Positions 35,724 through 45,574 of a stretch of DNA of 64,000 bases are shown one piece after another. The notes under the pieces were generated by a model. That model did no database searches, had not been told where the DNA came from, and saw nothing but the letters and a program-made list of their open reading frames with translations. The translations under genes were made by a program, and so were the position numbers. This stretch comes from an uncultured Oscillospiraceae bacterium. Its GTDB lineage: Bacteria; Bacillota; Clostridia; Oscillospirales; Oscillospiraceae. The stretch is taken from contig CAZBUH010000001.1 in assembly GCA_964495095.1 (NCBI GenBank), forward strand, positions 2,491 to 66,490, read 5' to 3'. Every line of letters begins with the position of its first letter. Position 1 is the stretch's first letter.

Positions 35724-36389
35724 TTATCTGAACACATTCATATCCGAATCCAGCACTTCCATTCGCTTGAATTCCGTGAAATCCGGAGCCAGAAACGGCT
35801 TTTTCTGTTCGATTGCTGAAATTATATTGTTTGGATTCAAGGCCGGATTCTGAGCTGAAATTACGGCTCTTACAAAGATTCCCGTATCGGACAGTTTGGA
35901 AAACAGGATGGCGTTTATACACGGGATAATGTCAAAATCCGTTATGCCCTTTTTCGATTTTTTCTGTATCACCAGATTATCGCCGGTGAAAAGGCTGTTA
36001 AGCTCCCCGCAGGCGCTGTCAGGGACGCCCTTATCGTATGTGAGCAGACCGCAGATCTCCAGCCAGGCTATTTCCTTTAATTTGCGCTCGGCCTCATAGA
36101 CCTTTACGACAGTTATGCCGGAGGGCATGGAGGCGTTCATCATTTCCGGAACCTTTTCAAGGGGGATGTCGCTTAAAAGCTCAAAATCCATTAGCTCGCA
36201 CTGGCTCTCACATCCCACTGAAAGCGGCAGCGCGATTGAGATAAACGGGTGCGGGTTAAATCCCTCTGTGTGCTTTACGCTTAGGCCGGAGCGTATAAAA
36301 ACCCTCTGCATGGTGCGCATAAGGTCAAGATGGGAGATATACTGGGCAAGCCCTTCCTTGTAAAACAGCATTCTGTGCTTATTATTCAT
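35724..36389 (-). CDS. radical SAM-associated protein, TIGR03936/DUF2344 type
   Basis: 221 aa containing YISHLDLMRTMQRVFIRSGL..HTEGFNPHP. It overlaps the upstream radical SAM gene by 8 nt. Confidence 0.8.
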   Translation of the reverse strand: MNNKHRMLFYKEGLAQYISHLDLMRTMQRVFIRSGLSVKHTEGFNPHPFISIALPLSVGCESQCELMDFELLSDIPLEKVPEMMNASMPSGITVVKVYEAERKLKEIAWLEICGLLTYDKGVPDSACGELNSLFTGDNLVIQKKSKKGITDFDIIPCINAILFSKLSDTGIFVRAVISAQNPALNPNNIISAIEQKKPFLAPDFTEFKRMEVLDSDMNVFR

Positions 36390-38217
36390 CGCACGGGCCC
36401 CCTTTGTAAAGAATGTTGGCGCCGCAGCCTGTGCATTTTACACGGCAGTCGGGGGTTATCTCGCTCCTGTAGGCGGCCTCTCTCTCACGCCACATAAAAT
36501 CCTTGCTTACGCCGACACTCGTAACGCTCCAGGGCAGTATCTCGTCTTTTTCCCGTACCCGATGGGCATAAAACGACGGTTTAACGCCAACGGCATTAAA
36601 CGCATCCATCCAGCACTGGAAGGAGAAATATTCGCCCCAGGAGTCCAGCTTGGCGCCGTTTTTCCAGGCTTCCTCGATAACCGCGCCTATCCGCCTGTCC
36701 CCTCTTGAGAGTACGGCCTCCATATAGCTTGTCTCCGGCTCGTGCCAGTTGTATGTGATATTCTTTACCCGCAGGTTTTCCCGCAGGAGCGTAACCTTGC
36801 GCATGTATTCCTCCATTGTGTTCTGCGCCTCCCACTGGAATGGCGTGTGAGGCTTGGGCACAAAGCAGGAGGTGCTGACTGTAACTCTCACGCCGCGGCT
36901 TTTATTGGGCGTTACCTCGCGCCACAGGCTGAGCACTTTTTTTGCAAGCTCCGCAATGGCGATAACGTCCTCGTCCGTTTCTGTGGGAAGTCCCAGCATA
37001 AAATAGAGCTTAAGTCCGCTCCAGCCGCCCTCAAAGGCGATACGGCAGGAATTTAAAACGTCCTCCTCCCGGACATTCTTGTTGATAGCGTCCCGCAGCC
37101 GCTGGCTCCCCGCCTCCGGAGCAAATGTAAGTCCTGTTTTCCTGACTTTCTGGACCCGCTGCATAAGGTCCATGGAGAAATTATCCGCCCGGAGGGACGG
37201 AAGCGAAAGGCTTATATTCCTCGGCTCACACCACTCCAAAAGCCCGTCGCAGAGATTGTAGAGAGGCTTATAGTCGCTGGTACTCAGGGAGGACAGCGTG
37301 ACCTCCTCGTAGCCGGAATTCAAAAGGGCCTCTTTTCCCTGTTCTATAAGCTTTTCATACGCTCTCGGACGCACAGGCCGGTAGGCGTATCCCGCCTGGC
37401 AGAAGCGGCAGCCCCGTATGCAGCCGCGGAATATTTCAAGAACCACCCTGTCATGGACTATCTCCGTGGAGGGCACTATCTGATGCACGGGGAAATAGGA
37501 ATTTGTAAAATCCTGCACTATGCGTTTTGTGACCGGCATTTTTGCCCCCTCTGCAGGGGTAATGCTCTCAATAGTGCCGTCATTCTTATATTTCACGTCA
37601 TACAGCGACGGAACATACACTCCGTCGATTTTTGCTGCCTCACAGAGAAAACTCTGTTTATCCCATCCCTCGTTTCTCGCTTTCCGGTAAAGCTCGATTA
37701 CTTCAGGATCCATGTCCTCCCCTTCTCCCAAAACGAAGAGGTCGATAAAATCTGACATGGGCTCCGGGTTATAACAGCTTGTACCTCCGGCGAAAACAAT
37801 AGGCGTGAGTTCGTGCCTGTCCGCTGAGTGGAGAGGCAGCCCGGCCATATCCAGCATATTCAGCACGTTGGTGTACGCCATCTCATAGCCCAGGGAAAAG
37901 GCTATCATGTCAAAATCCGAAACAGGGTCGCCGCTCTCCAAGGCGTAAAGAGGGATGCCGTTTTCCCGCATCTCCTTTTCCATGTCGCCCCAGGGCGCAA
38001 ATACACGCTCACACCACACGCCGTCCATATTATTTATAACGCCGTAAAGTATCTTCATTCCCAAATTGGACATGCCTATCTCGTAAGTATCAGGGAAACA
38101 GAAGGCCACTCTGGTGTCAACCCGGTTTTTATCCTTGATTATCTCGTTATATTCTCCCCCGGTATAGCGCGCGGGCTTCTGTACCCTGGGCAGAATACGC
38201 TTTAATCTGCTGTCCAT
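36382..38217 (-). CDS. B12-binding-domain radical SAM protein, TIGR03960 type
   Basis: Contains KPARYTGGEYN near the N-terminus and a radical SAM cluster motif CIRGCRFCQAG. The start is taken at MDSRLKRIL (38217). The longer ORF to 38331 overlaps the M50 peptidase gene. Confidence 0.82.
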   Translation of the reverse strand: MDSRLKRILPRVQKPARYTGGEYNEIIKDKNRVDTRVAFCFPDTYEIGMSNLGMKILYGVINNMDGVWCERVFAPWGDMEKEMRENGIPLYALESGDPVSDFDMIAFSLGYEMAYTNVLNMLDMAGLPLHSADRHELTPIVFAGGTSCYNPEPMSDFIDLFVLGEGEDMDPEVIELYRKARNEGWDKQSFLCEAAKIDGVYVPSLYDVKYKNDGTIESITPAEGAKMPVTKRIVQDFTNSYFPVHQIVPSTEIVHDRVVLEIFRGCIRGCRFCQAGYAYRPVRPRAYEKLIEQGKEALLNSGYEEVTLSSLSTSDYKPLYNLCDGLLEWCEPRNISLSLPSLRADNFSMDLMQRVQKVRKTGLTFAPEAGSQRLRDAINKNVREEDVLNSCRIAFEGGWSGLKLYFMLGLPTETDEDVIAIAELAKKVLSLWREVTPNKSRGVRVTVSTSCFVPKPHTPFQWEAQNTMEEYMRKVTLLRENLRVKNITYNWHEPETSYMEAVLSRGDRRIGAVIEEAWKNGAKLDSWGEYFSFQCWMDAFNAVGVKPSFYAHRVREKDEILPWSVTSVGVSKDFMWREREAAYRSEITPDCRVKCTGCGANILYKGGPCDE

Positions 38218-38281
38218 AAAAACACATCCATAAAAATATTGCATGTCCTTGCCATCTGAAAGACCGACAGGCAAACATGGG

Positions 38282-38908
38282 CTAATAGTATTGTATACCC
38301 CCGCCGCGGCTTTTACAAGAATTAAAAGCAAGCCAAAGCGCCATGAAAAGCAGGGTAAAATTTCTGCCGGTGCTTATAAGCAGATAAATTCCGGCCGGCA
38401 GCATCAGGGCCAGAATAATGATATCAATAATTTTTGAAACCCTCTCCGCAGTCTCAACCCCGCCCTTCATGGCGGTAAAAGCGAAAACAAGGCCGCCTCC
38501 GTCAAGGCCGCTTACAGGAATCAGGTTAAAAACGCCGTAAATAAGGCTAAGCCCCGCGGCGTCATAAAAGCGCTCTCCGAAAAGCGACAGCAGGTATGCT
38601 GAAATAAAGCTCGCCGCTGGCCCGGCGGCGATGGCGGCTATTTCACCCCAATAGCCCAGCGTTCCGGCAGAACAGCTCATAGTCAGTCCTGAGACCGAAA
38701 ATTTGAGAAGCCTTATCTCCGCCCCCTGAAGCTTCAGCGCAGCGGCGTGGCCAAGCTCATGCAGAAATATCGCGCATAGGGCGCTGAGGCACAGCTTTCC
38801 GTCAAAAAAGTAAAGCACGGAAAAAATCAGCAAAAAACCGCTTGTTATCCGTGCTTTGCCCGCGGAGATAACGTTATTGTCCGCCATTGTCAGAAAAAGC
38901 CGTCTCAT
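38282..38908 (-). CDS. site-2 protease family (M50) metallopeptidase, short form without a CBS domain
   Basis: Has HELGH (FLHELGHAAAL) and NLIPVSGLDGG motifs and is polytopic. The alternative start ATG 38887 is possible. Confidence 0.8.
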   Translation of the reverse strand: MRRLFLTMADNNVISAGKARITSGFLLIFSVLYFFDGKLCLSALCAIFLHELGHAAALKLQGAEIRLLKFSVSGLTMSCSAGTLGYWGEIAAIAAGPAASFISAYLLSLFGERFYDAAGLSLIYGVFNLIPVSGLDGGGLVFAFTAMKGGVETAERVSKIIDIIILALMLPAGIYLLISTGRNFTLLFMALWLAFNSCKSRGGGIQYY

Positions 38909-39215
38909 ATCCGCGGCTGAAGGCCTCGATGATGTTTTCTCCGCCGCTTAATGAGGAGCCTACGGCCTCTATCGCCGATTGGTAATCCACATCGCCGCCG
39001 ATAACCATCTTTACCCTGTCCCCCGCCCTCTCGGCAAAGTCCGGGAACAGCAGCTTTATCGTCACTGCCGCGGCGATTATAACGACGCACACAAAAAGGC
39101 GCAGAGCCTCCGCTGTAAGGACGGGGTTATCCGCCGCCGATACGGTTCTGCGCTTTGCGGCGGAGTACCGGTGGTTTACGCTGTATTTTCCCTGCATAGC
39201 ATCATCGCCTTTCAC
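38874..39215 (-). CDS. hypothetical single-pass membrane protein
   Basis: 113 aa with one TM (LRLFVCVVIIAAAVTIKLLF). It overlaps the M50 gene start. Confidence 0.5.
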   Translation of the reverse strand: MKGDDAMQGKYSVNHRYSAAKRRTVSAADNPVLTAEALRLFVCVVIIAAAVTIKLLFPDFAERAGDRVKMVIGGDVDYQSAIEAVGSSLSGGENIIEAFSRGYETAFSDNGGQ

Positions 39216-39247
39216 ATTATGATACTATGTCCCGGAAAAGCTTTTTA

Positions 39248-40075
39248 TTACAGCTTGCCCAACCTTATAACAGAGCTTGTTATAAGGCTCTTAAACGCCG
39301 GCGCCGCAAGCAGGGCGGCCTCCTGTACCTCCTTATGGGAGAGGGGCGCGGGAGAAATACCGGCGGCAAGATTTGAAATGCAGGATATGCCGCAGACCTT
39401 CATGCCCATATGGTTGGCGGCAATCGCCTCGCATGCAGTGCTCATGCCAACAACGTCCGCGCCCAGCGCGGCGCAGGCCCTTATTTCCGCAGGACTTTCA
39501 TAGTTAGGGCCCTTCAGTTGGAGGTATACCCCTTCCGGCAGGTCGATATTAAGCTCTGCTGCGGCGGCCTTTATCTCGTCTCTCAGGGCCTTGTCGTAAA
39601 TTTCGCTCATGTCCGGAAAGCGCGGCCCCAGCTCGTCTATATTCGGGCCTAAAAGAGGAGAAGGGACAAATAAGGATATCTGGTCTTTTATAAGCATAAA
39701 GCTGCCGGTTTTGAGGTCTTTTCTTATGCCGCCCACAGCGTTTGTGAGCATAAGGATATCGGCGCCCAGGAGCTTCATAAGCCTTACCGGCATCACTACC
39801 TGCTCCATGGAGTATCCCTCGTAAAAATGTACCCGGCCCTGCATAATGACGACCGGCACATCCTCCACGTATCCGAAAATGAACCTGCCCTTATGTCCCT
39901 GCACGGTGCTCACCGGAAATCCGGGAATATCGTGGTAATCCACAATGCCCCGCACGTCTATGGTATCGCCGTAATCTCCAAGCCCCGAGCCAAGAACCAG
40001 GGCCACCTTCGGCACAAATGCCGTTTTCATGCGCACGGCCTCCAGGGCCGCCTGAAGCTTTTCGTATTCGCTCAT
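39248..40075 (-). CDS. punA: purine nucleoside phosphorylase (PNP/MTAP family)
   Basis: 275 aa containing LGSGLG, GHKGRFIFG, TNAVGG and VGMSTACE blocks. Confidence 0.88.
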   Translation of the reverse strand: MSEYEKLQAALEAVRMKTAFVPKVALVLGSGLGDYGDTIDVRGIVDYHDIPGFPVSTVQGHKGRFIFGYVEDVPVVIMQGRVHFYEGYSMEQVVMPVRLMKLLGADILMLTNAVGGIRKDLKTGSFMLIKDQISLFVPSPLLGPNIDELGPRFPDMSEIYDKALRDEIKAAAAELNIDLPEGVYLQLKGPNYESPAEIRACAALGADVVGMSTACEAIAANHMGMKVCGISCISNLAAGISPAPLSHKEVQEAALLAAPAFKSLITSSVIRLGKL

Positions 40076-40088
40076 TTGGTCTGCCTCC

Positions 40089-41006
40089 CTAAAGCATCAT
40101 TGCAAGCAGCGGAATTGTGATTATTGAAAGTACAGTCGTGATAAATGTGAGCTGGGCCATGGTTTTCTCATCTCCGCCGTAGCGGTAGCACAGCATAGTG
40201 CCGTTTGTGGCCACAGGCATTGCCGTTATTACAACCGAAACCCCTATTACAAGCTGGCTGCTTATGCACATCTTAAGTCCCCAAAGCAGCGCTATTGGGA
40301 AAAGGAGCAGCCTGAACAGAGCGATAATATACATTTTCGGCGAGCCCAGGACGCTCCTCAGCGGAATATCAGCCAGAGAGGAGCCTATTATCATAAGCGC
40401 CGCCGGCGTTGTGAGGTCTCCAAGCGTCTCAAAGCCCTCCCCTATCGCCGCCGGGCATTTCACCTTGAGCACCGCCAGTACAAGCGCTATCAGCGACGCC
40501 ACTGTGCAGGGAGAGAAAAATGTTTTCCAGCTCATCTCGCCCTTGCCGGTCTTGCCTGAAATGAATATCCTGCCGACAGTAAAAACGAGTACGTTAAAAA
40601 GAATATTGAACATTGAGGCATAAAATAACCCCTCGTTTCCGTACAGGGCTATGCAGACGGGATAGCCTATAAATCCCACGTTTCCGAACATAACGGCAAA
40701 TCTGTACGCCCCAACCGATTCCGCTTTTACACGCAGAAGTTTTGGGATAAACGCGGCAAAAGCGGCCAGAACCGCATATATCACAAGGGATATGAGAAGG
40801 GTCATGCCTATTTCTTTTATTCCCAGCTCTGAAGTGCTTGTAAGCACGGATGCGATTATCATGGATGGCAGCGTTATGTCCAGCACCAGCGCGGAGAGCT
40901 TCTTATTCATATCCCTGTCGATAATTTTCAGCTTGTTTGCCGCATAGCCGACAATAACTATTGCGAACAGGATAAGCATTTTCATTAAGACGCTTGAAAA
41001 ATCCAT
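40089..41006 (-). CDS. AEC (auxin efflux carrier) family transporter
   Basis: 305 aa with ~10 TM and the typical AEC N-terminus and C-terminal PVATNGTM block. Confidence 0.8.
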   Translation of the reverse strand: MDFSSVLMKMLILFAIVIVGYAANKLKIIDRDMNKKLSALVLDITLPSMIIASVLTSTSELGIKEIGMTLLISLVIYAVLAAFAAFIPKLLRVKAESVGAYRFAVMFGNVGFIGYPVCIALYGNEGLFYASMFNILFNVLVFTVGRIFISGKTGKGEMSWKTFFSPCTVASLIALVLAVLKVKCPAAIGEGFETLGDLTTPAALMIIGSSLADIPLRSVLGSPKMYIIALFRLLLFPIALLWGLKMCISSQLVIGVSVVITAMPVATNGTMLCYRYGGDEKTMAQLTFITTVLSIITIPLLAMML

Positions 41007-41044
41007 CAGTTTTTCTCTTTTCCAAATATTTTAAACAGCTTTTT

Positions 41045-41072
41045 GACAGGAGCGGTGTGTGCCGCTCCTGTC
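41045..41072 (-). terminator. GC-rich hairpin after valS (no clear U tract)
   Basis: 11-bp stem GACAGGAGCGG / CCGCTCCTGTC, 17 nt after the valS stop. Confidence 0.4.
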
Positions 41073-41088
41073 CGTGCGTTCATTTATA

Positions 41089-43707
41089 TCAGTAGCTCCT
41101 GAGGCTTTCGGTGAGGTTTGCTATAAGCGCTTTTGCTTTTTCAGCCTTCTCGCGCTCGGCGTTTACGACGCTCTCCGGGGCTTTCGCCACAAACTGCTGG
41201 TTTGCCAGCTTGCCCTCTATCCTCTGGAGCTCCTTCTGCGCTTTTTCAAGCTCTTTCTCTATGCGCTGACGCTCCTTTTCCAAATCCACAAGCTCGGCAA
41301 GGGGCATATAGAGCTTTGCGTCGTTTGTCACAACGCTCACCATGTCCTCAACGCTCTCAGGGGCCTTGCCGGTTATAGTGACCTCTGCGGCGTATGCAAG
41401 CTTTGAGAGATATGTGGTTCCGGAATTGAACACTTCCGCTTTATCGGTGACAATAATAAGGTGCGGCTTCTTGGAGGGCGGGACGTTCATCTCCGCACGC
41501 CTTGCGCGTACAGCTTTCACAGCCGCCATTATAATTTCAAAAGAGGTCTCCTCTCCGGCAAAATCCATCTCCGGCTCATACTTTGGATATTCCTGTATCA
41601 TAAGGGCCTCGCCCTCGTGGGGCAGAGCCTGCCATATTTCCTCCGTTATAAACGGCATAAACGGATGCAGGAGCTTCAGAATGCCGTTGAGCACATACAG
41701 GAGCACCTTCTGGGCATTTATATTCGCCTCCGGGTCGCCGCTGTTGAGACGCGGCTTTGTAAGCTCTATATACCAGTCGCAGTAGGAATCCCAGATGAAG
41801 TCGTACACCTTCTGGGCGGCGATGCCCAGCTCGTACTTATCCATATTTTCCACGACTTCCGCCGCCACCCGGTTGAAGCTGGACAGTATCCATTTGTCCT
41901 CCAGCTCCAGCTTATCCGGCAGCTCGCATTTATCTATGGTCAGATTCATCATGACAAAGCGGCTGGCGTTCCATATCTTATTTGCAAAATTGCGCATAGC
42001 CTCACAGCGCTCAGTGTAAAAGCGCATGTCGTTTCCGGGGGAATTGCCGGTAACCAGGTTAAAGCGCAGTGCGTCGGAGCCGTAGGAGTCGATTATTTCG
42101 AGGGGGTCTATGCCGTTTCCGAGGGATTTGGACATTTTACGGCCCTTATCGTCCCTCACAAGTCCGTGAATAAGCACCGTGTGGAAAGGCGTCTTTTTCA
42201 TATGCTCGCAGCCGGAGAATATCATCCTGGCTACCCAGAAAAAGATGATGTCGTAGCCGGTAACAAGCACGTCCGTAGGATAGAAGAAATCAAGATCCTC
42301 CGTCTTATCCGGCCAGCCCAGGGTCTCAAAGGGCCACAGGGCGGATGAAAACCAGGTGTCAAGCACATCCTCGTCACGTGTTATATTCCGGCTGCCGCAC
42401 TTTTCGCACTCTGTGGGGTCGCTGCGGCTTACGGTGATATGGCCGCAGTCGGCACAGTACCAGGCCGGTATCTGGTGTCCCCACCAGAGCTGACGTGAGA
42501 TGCACCAGTCACGGACGTTTTCCATCCAGTTAAGGTATGTGTGTGAAAAACGCTCAGGCACGAATTTTGTCTCTCCGTCCTTTACGACACGTATGGCCTC
42601 CTCTGCCAGGGGCTTCATTTTCACAAACCACTGGGATGAGATTATGGGCTCCACGTCATTATGGCAGCGGTAGCAGGTACCCACGTTGTGGTCATGGTCC
42701 TCTATTTTCTCCAAAAGGCCCATGGCGTCCAAATCGGCAATTATTGCTTTTCTGGCCTCGTACCTGTCCATACCCTGATATTTGCCGCCGTACTCGTTTA
42801 CTTTCCCGTTATCGTCCAATACGCGGATGACCTCGAGATTGTGGCGAAGTCCCACATCGAAATCATTGGGGTCGTGGGCCGGGGTCATTTTGACGCAGCC
42901 CGTGCCGAACTCCATATCCACATATTCGTCGGCCACAATGGGTATCTCGCGGTTGACCAGGGGCAGTATGCACTTTTTGCCCACAAGGTTTGCGTATCTC
43001 TCGTCGTTTGGGTTTACCGCAACGCCGCTGTCGCCCAGCATCGTCTCCGGACGTGTGGTTGCAACTATCACATATTCGCTGCTGTCCTTTATCGGATAGC
43101 GCAGATGCCAGAGCTTGCCCGGCTTATCCTGGTATTCCACTTCAGCGTCTGAAAGCGCCGTAACGCAGTGGGGGCACCAGTTTATAATGCGGCTGCCCTT
43201 ATAGATAAGGCCCTTTTCGTACAGGCTTACAAAAACCTCCCGGACGGCCTTCGAGCACCCCTCGTCCATAGTAAACCTGGCCCTGTCCCAATCGCAGGAG
43301 GCGCCCAGCTTCTTCTGCTGCTCGACAATCCTGTTGCCGTATTTATTTTTCCACTCCCAGACCTTTTCGAGGAATTTTTCCCGGCCCAAGTCGTGGCGGG
43401 AAACGCCGTCCTTGCGGAGCTCCTCCTCCACCTTTATCTGCGTCGCTATTCCGGCATGGTCTACGCCGGGCACCCAAAGGGCCGCATAGCCCTGCATACG
43501 CTTATAGCGTATAAGGATATCCTGAAGCGCGTCGTCCATAGCGTGGCCCATGTGGAGCTGGCCTGTGACGTTGGGGGGCGGCATAACGATAGTGAACGGC
43601 TTTTTCTCCCGGTCTATCTCCGTATGGAAATATCCGCCCTTCTCCCACATTTCGTAAATTTTTGATTCCACTGCCTTTGGGTCATAAATTTTTGGCAATT
43701 CCTGCAT
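41089..43707 (-). CDS. valS: valine--tRNA ligase
   Basis: 872 aa with a HIGH region ([12 protein letters not shown]), KMSKS ([10 protein letters not shown]), an editing domain and a C-terminal coiled coil. Confidence 0.96.
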   Translation of the reverse strand: MQELPKIYDPKAVESKIYEMWEKGGYFHTEIDREKKPFTIVMPPPNVTGQLHMGHAMDDALQDILIRYKRMQGYAALWVPGVDHAGIATQIKVEEELRKDGVSRHDLGREKFLEKVWEWKNKYGNRIVEQQKKLGASCDWDRARFTMDEGCSKAVREVFVSLYEKGLIYKGSRIINWCPHCVTALSDAEVEYQDKPGKLWHLRYPIKDSSEYVIVATTRPETMLGDSGVAVNPNDERYANLVGKKCILPLVNREIPIVADEYVDMEFGTGCVKMTPAHDPNDFDVGLRHNLEVIRVLDDNGKVNEYGGKYQGMDRYEARKAIIADLDAMGLLEKIEDHDHNVGTCYRCHNDVEPIISSQWFVKMKPLAEEAIRVVKDGETKFVPERFSHTYLNWMENVRDWCISRQLWWGHQIPAWYCADCGHITVSRSDPTECEKCGSRNITRDEDVLDTWFSSALWPFETLGWPDKTEDLDFFYPTDVLVTGYDIIFFWVARMIFSGCEHMKKTPFHTVLIHGLVRDDKGRKMSKSLGNGIDPLEIIDSYGSDALRFNLVTGNSPGNDMRFYTERCEAMRNFANKIWNASRFVMMNLTIDKCELPDKLELEDKWILSSFNRVAAEVVENMDKYELGIAAQKVYDFIWDSYCDWYIELTKPRLNSGDPEANINAQKVLLYVLNGILKLLHPFMPFITEEIWQALPHEGEALMIQEYPKYEPEMDFAGEETSFEIIMAAVKAVRARRAEMNVPPSKKPHLIIVTDKAEVFNSGTTYLSKLAYAAEVTITGKAPESVEDMVSVVTNDAKLYMPLAELVDLEKERQRIEKELEKAQKELQRIEGKLANQQFVAKAPESVVNAEREKAEKAKALIANLTESLRSY

Positions 43708-43711
43708 TGTA

Positions 43712-43930
43712 AACCCCTCCGAAAAAAGTAAAATCCCTGAGGTATAAACCTCAGGGCGAATAATATCCGTGGTACCACCTGAATTCCGTAAAAACAGCTC
43801 TCACATGCCCGATAACGGAGGCTGCCCGTCCGGGCTTAATCTGTTTCGGCCCGGAGGTTCATGGACGACTTCCCTCCCGCTTCACGAAAGCTCACACCAG
43901 ACGCTTTCTCTCTTTGCTTCGGCCGCAGAG
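43712..43930 (-). promoter_or_regulatory. T-box leader (Val) with terminator/antiterminator
   Basis: On the minus strand: an AGAGA motif early in stem I, GAA-GUC-GUC in the specifier region (plus 43864-43869) and the T-box sequence AAUUCAGGUGGUACCACG (plus 43769-43786). The terminator is CCCTGAGGT / ACCTCAGGG (43735-43756) plus a U run. Confidence 0.85.
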
Positions 43931-43979
43931 GTACTGCTTCCAATCTTAACCTTTGTAATATAAAAGAAGTATACAAAAT

Positions 43980-44297
43980 TTAGTCTATTATGTCAAGAAG
44001 CATATTTTCATAAACTTCCTGGGCCTCGGCGCCAATCTTCGTGGAAGCTATCGCGCCGTTTTTAAAGGATATAACCGTAGGTATGCTCATAACGCCGAAA
44101 CGGACTGCCAGAGCCGGCTCCTCATCCACATTGACTTTGCCTACACAGGCTTTTCCGTCCAGCTTTTCCGCAACAGCCTCGATGGACGGAGCTATCATAC
44201 GGCAGGGACCGCACCAGGAGGCCCAGAAATCCACCAGAACGGGGCCGCCGGATATGAAATCATCAAAATTATCTTTTGTAAGAGTGACTATAGCCAT
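43980..44297 (-). CDS. trxA: thioredoxin
   Basis: WCGPC active site. ATG 44297 (MAIVTLTKDNF..) lies just after the trxB-like stop with an AAGGAAG RBS. Confidence 0.92.
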   Translation of the reverse strand: MAIVTLTKDNFDDFISGGPVLVDFWASWCGPCRMIAPSIEAVAEKLDGKACVGKVNVDEEPALAVRFGVMSIPTVISFKNGAIASTKIGAEAQEVYENMLLDIID

Positions 44298-44298
44298 T

Positions 44299-45240
44299 TT
44301 AATCTTCCTTTCCGTCATTTTGACTTTTTAAATATTTCACAGCGGAAAACGCCGCAGTCTGTCCCTCGCCTACAGCCTTCGCCGCCTGATACGGAAGTCC
44401 GGCGCAGTCGCCGGCCGCGAAAACCCCCGGGATATTTGTCTCTCCGCTTCTGTTTACCTTTATATGCCCGTCCTCAAGCTCCAGTCCGGAGAGCATCACA
44501 GCCGGCGCTATTGACCTGCGCAGGATAAAGACGCCGCTGCATTTTATTTCAGTATCTCCCAAAATGGCCGCTTCAACACGTTCTCCGCCTTTTATTATGA
44601 GCTTTTCACCCTTAATTGAGGTGATATTTTCCTCATAAACCTTCTCTTTTGAGATATAGGTAACGCCGCAGCCCAAATCGCGCAGGTATTTTGCATCTTC
44701 AAGAGCCTCGCCGCTGTCACCGAAAACGCAGACGTCTTTTCCCCTGTAGAGCATCCCGTCGCATACGGCGCAGTAGCTCACTCCCCTGCCCAGATATTCC
44801 TTTTCTCCGGGGAATGTCACGCACCTCACAACGCCGGTGGCGATGATTACGGCTTTCGCCATAAGAAATTCCGTCCCAAAGCTTATACCAAACCTGCCGT
44901 TTGCAGGGATTATATTAAGCACCTGGCCGTTATAGATGGGCACGCCCATAGCCTGGGCATGGCTGTACAGCTTTTTTATAAGCTCAGGGCCGGATATGCC
45001 GTATTCTCCGGGGAAATTATCTATCCGCTCGGCCTTGGAAAGCCCGCTGTTGTCGGCGCTTCCTGATATTATAACAGTCTTTTTATTCATAGCGGCGCAG
45101 TTTACTGCCGCCGATATCCCGGCAGGCCCGGAACCTATAACAGTCACATCAGCTTCCACGTTTGGGGTCACAACATCGCCTCCTGTATTTACAGCAGCCG
45201 TTTTGGTAATTATATCAGATAAATCAGCCCTTGACAACAC
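44299..45240 (-). CDS. thioredoxin reductase-like flavoprotein lacking canonical NADPH motifs
   Basis: FAD motif VIGSGPAGISAA, redox CAVCDG and C-terminal GVFAAGDC. The NADPH site positions read VCVFGDSGEALEDA and ISKEKVY instead of GGGxxA and HRRxxxR. Confidence 0.8.
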   Translation of the reverse strand: MLSRADLSDIITKTAAVNTGGDVVTPNVEADVTVIGSGPAGISAAVNCAAMNKKTVIISGSADNSGLSKAERIDNFPGEYGISGPELIKKLYSHAQAMGVPIYNGQVLNIIPANGRFGISFGTEFLMAKAVIIATGVVRCVTFPGEKEYLGRGVSYCAVCDGMLYRGKDVCVFGDSGEALEDAKYLRDLGCGVTYISKEKVYEENITSIKGEKLIIKGGERVEAAILGDTEIKCSGVFILRRSIAPAVMLSGLELEDGHIKVNRSGETNIPGVFAAGDCAGLPYQAAKAVGEGQTAAFSAVKYLKSQNDGKED

Positions 45241-45292
45241 AATTCGCCGCGGCTATTATTTGTTTATCATTGGGAATCAGGAGGTCATTGAT

Positions 45293-45502
45293 TTGAAAAA
45301 ATGGGTCGCTAAATTCAACCTTGGGGACGAGCCCTGGGGCGAGGAAATACGCCTCTCTATCGAAGGCGATGAAATGGGTTTTTCCGCCCAGCCGGAGGAC
45401 GGCAGTGAGCTTGACATCTGGCCCGCCTACACCGAGGAGGAGGCGCTTGAAAATATGGACGAGTATTTTACGGGCTGGGATACCTATCAGAGACTTGACT
45501 AA
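45293..45502 (+). CDS. small acidic hypothetical protein, 69 aa
   Basis: TTG start 7 nt after AGGAGG, giving (M)KKWVAKFNLGDEPWGEEIRLSIEGDEMGF... The longer tracked ORF (44936..) is antisense to the trxB-like gene and is therefore not credible upstream of 45293. Confidence 0.5.
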   Translation: MKKWVAKFNLGDEPWGEEIRLSIEGDEMGFSAQPEDGSELDIWPAYTEEEALENMDEYFTGWDTYQRLD

Positions 45503-45506
45503 AATA

Positions 45507-45535
45507 TTGACACGTTTTGACTGTTTTAGTATAAT
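45507..45535 (+). promoter_or_regulatory. consensus sigma-A promoter for glnS
   Basis: TTGACA, a 17-nt spacer, then TATAAT (a perfect match to consensus), ~40 nt upstream of glnS. Confidence 0.7.
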
Positions 45536-45574
45536 GTTAAATTATCATATTGGTTATACTAACCTGCGAAAGGA

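Noticed and set aside
35629-35922. 98-codon N-terminal extension of the symporter ORF
   Set aside because: The extension runs through a strong terminator hairpin and into the neighbouring gene. An internal ATG at 35628 has a GGAGGGA RBS and gives a typical AGCS N-terminus.
41461-42348. 295-aa + strand ORF (plus several smaller ones, 41059-43665)
   Set aside because: They are antisense shadows of valS.
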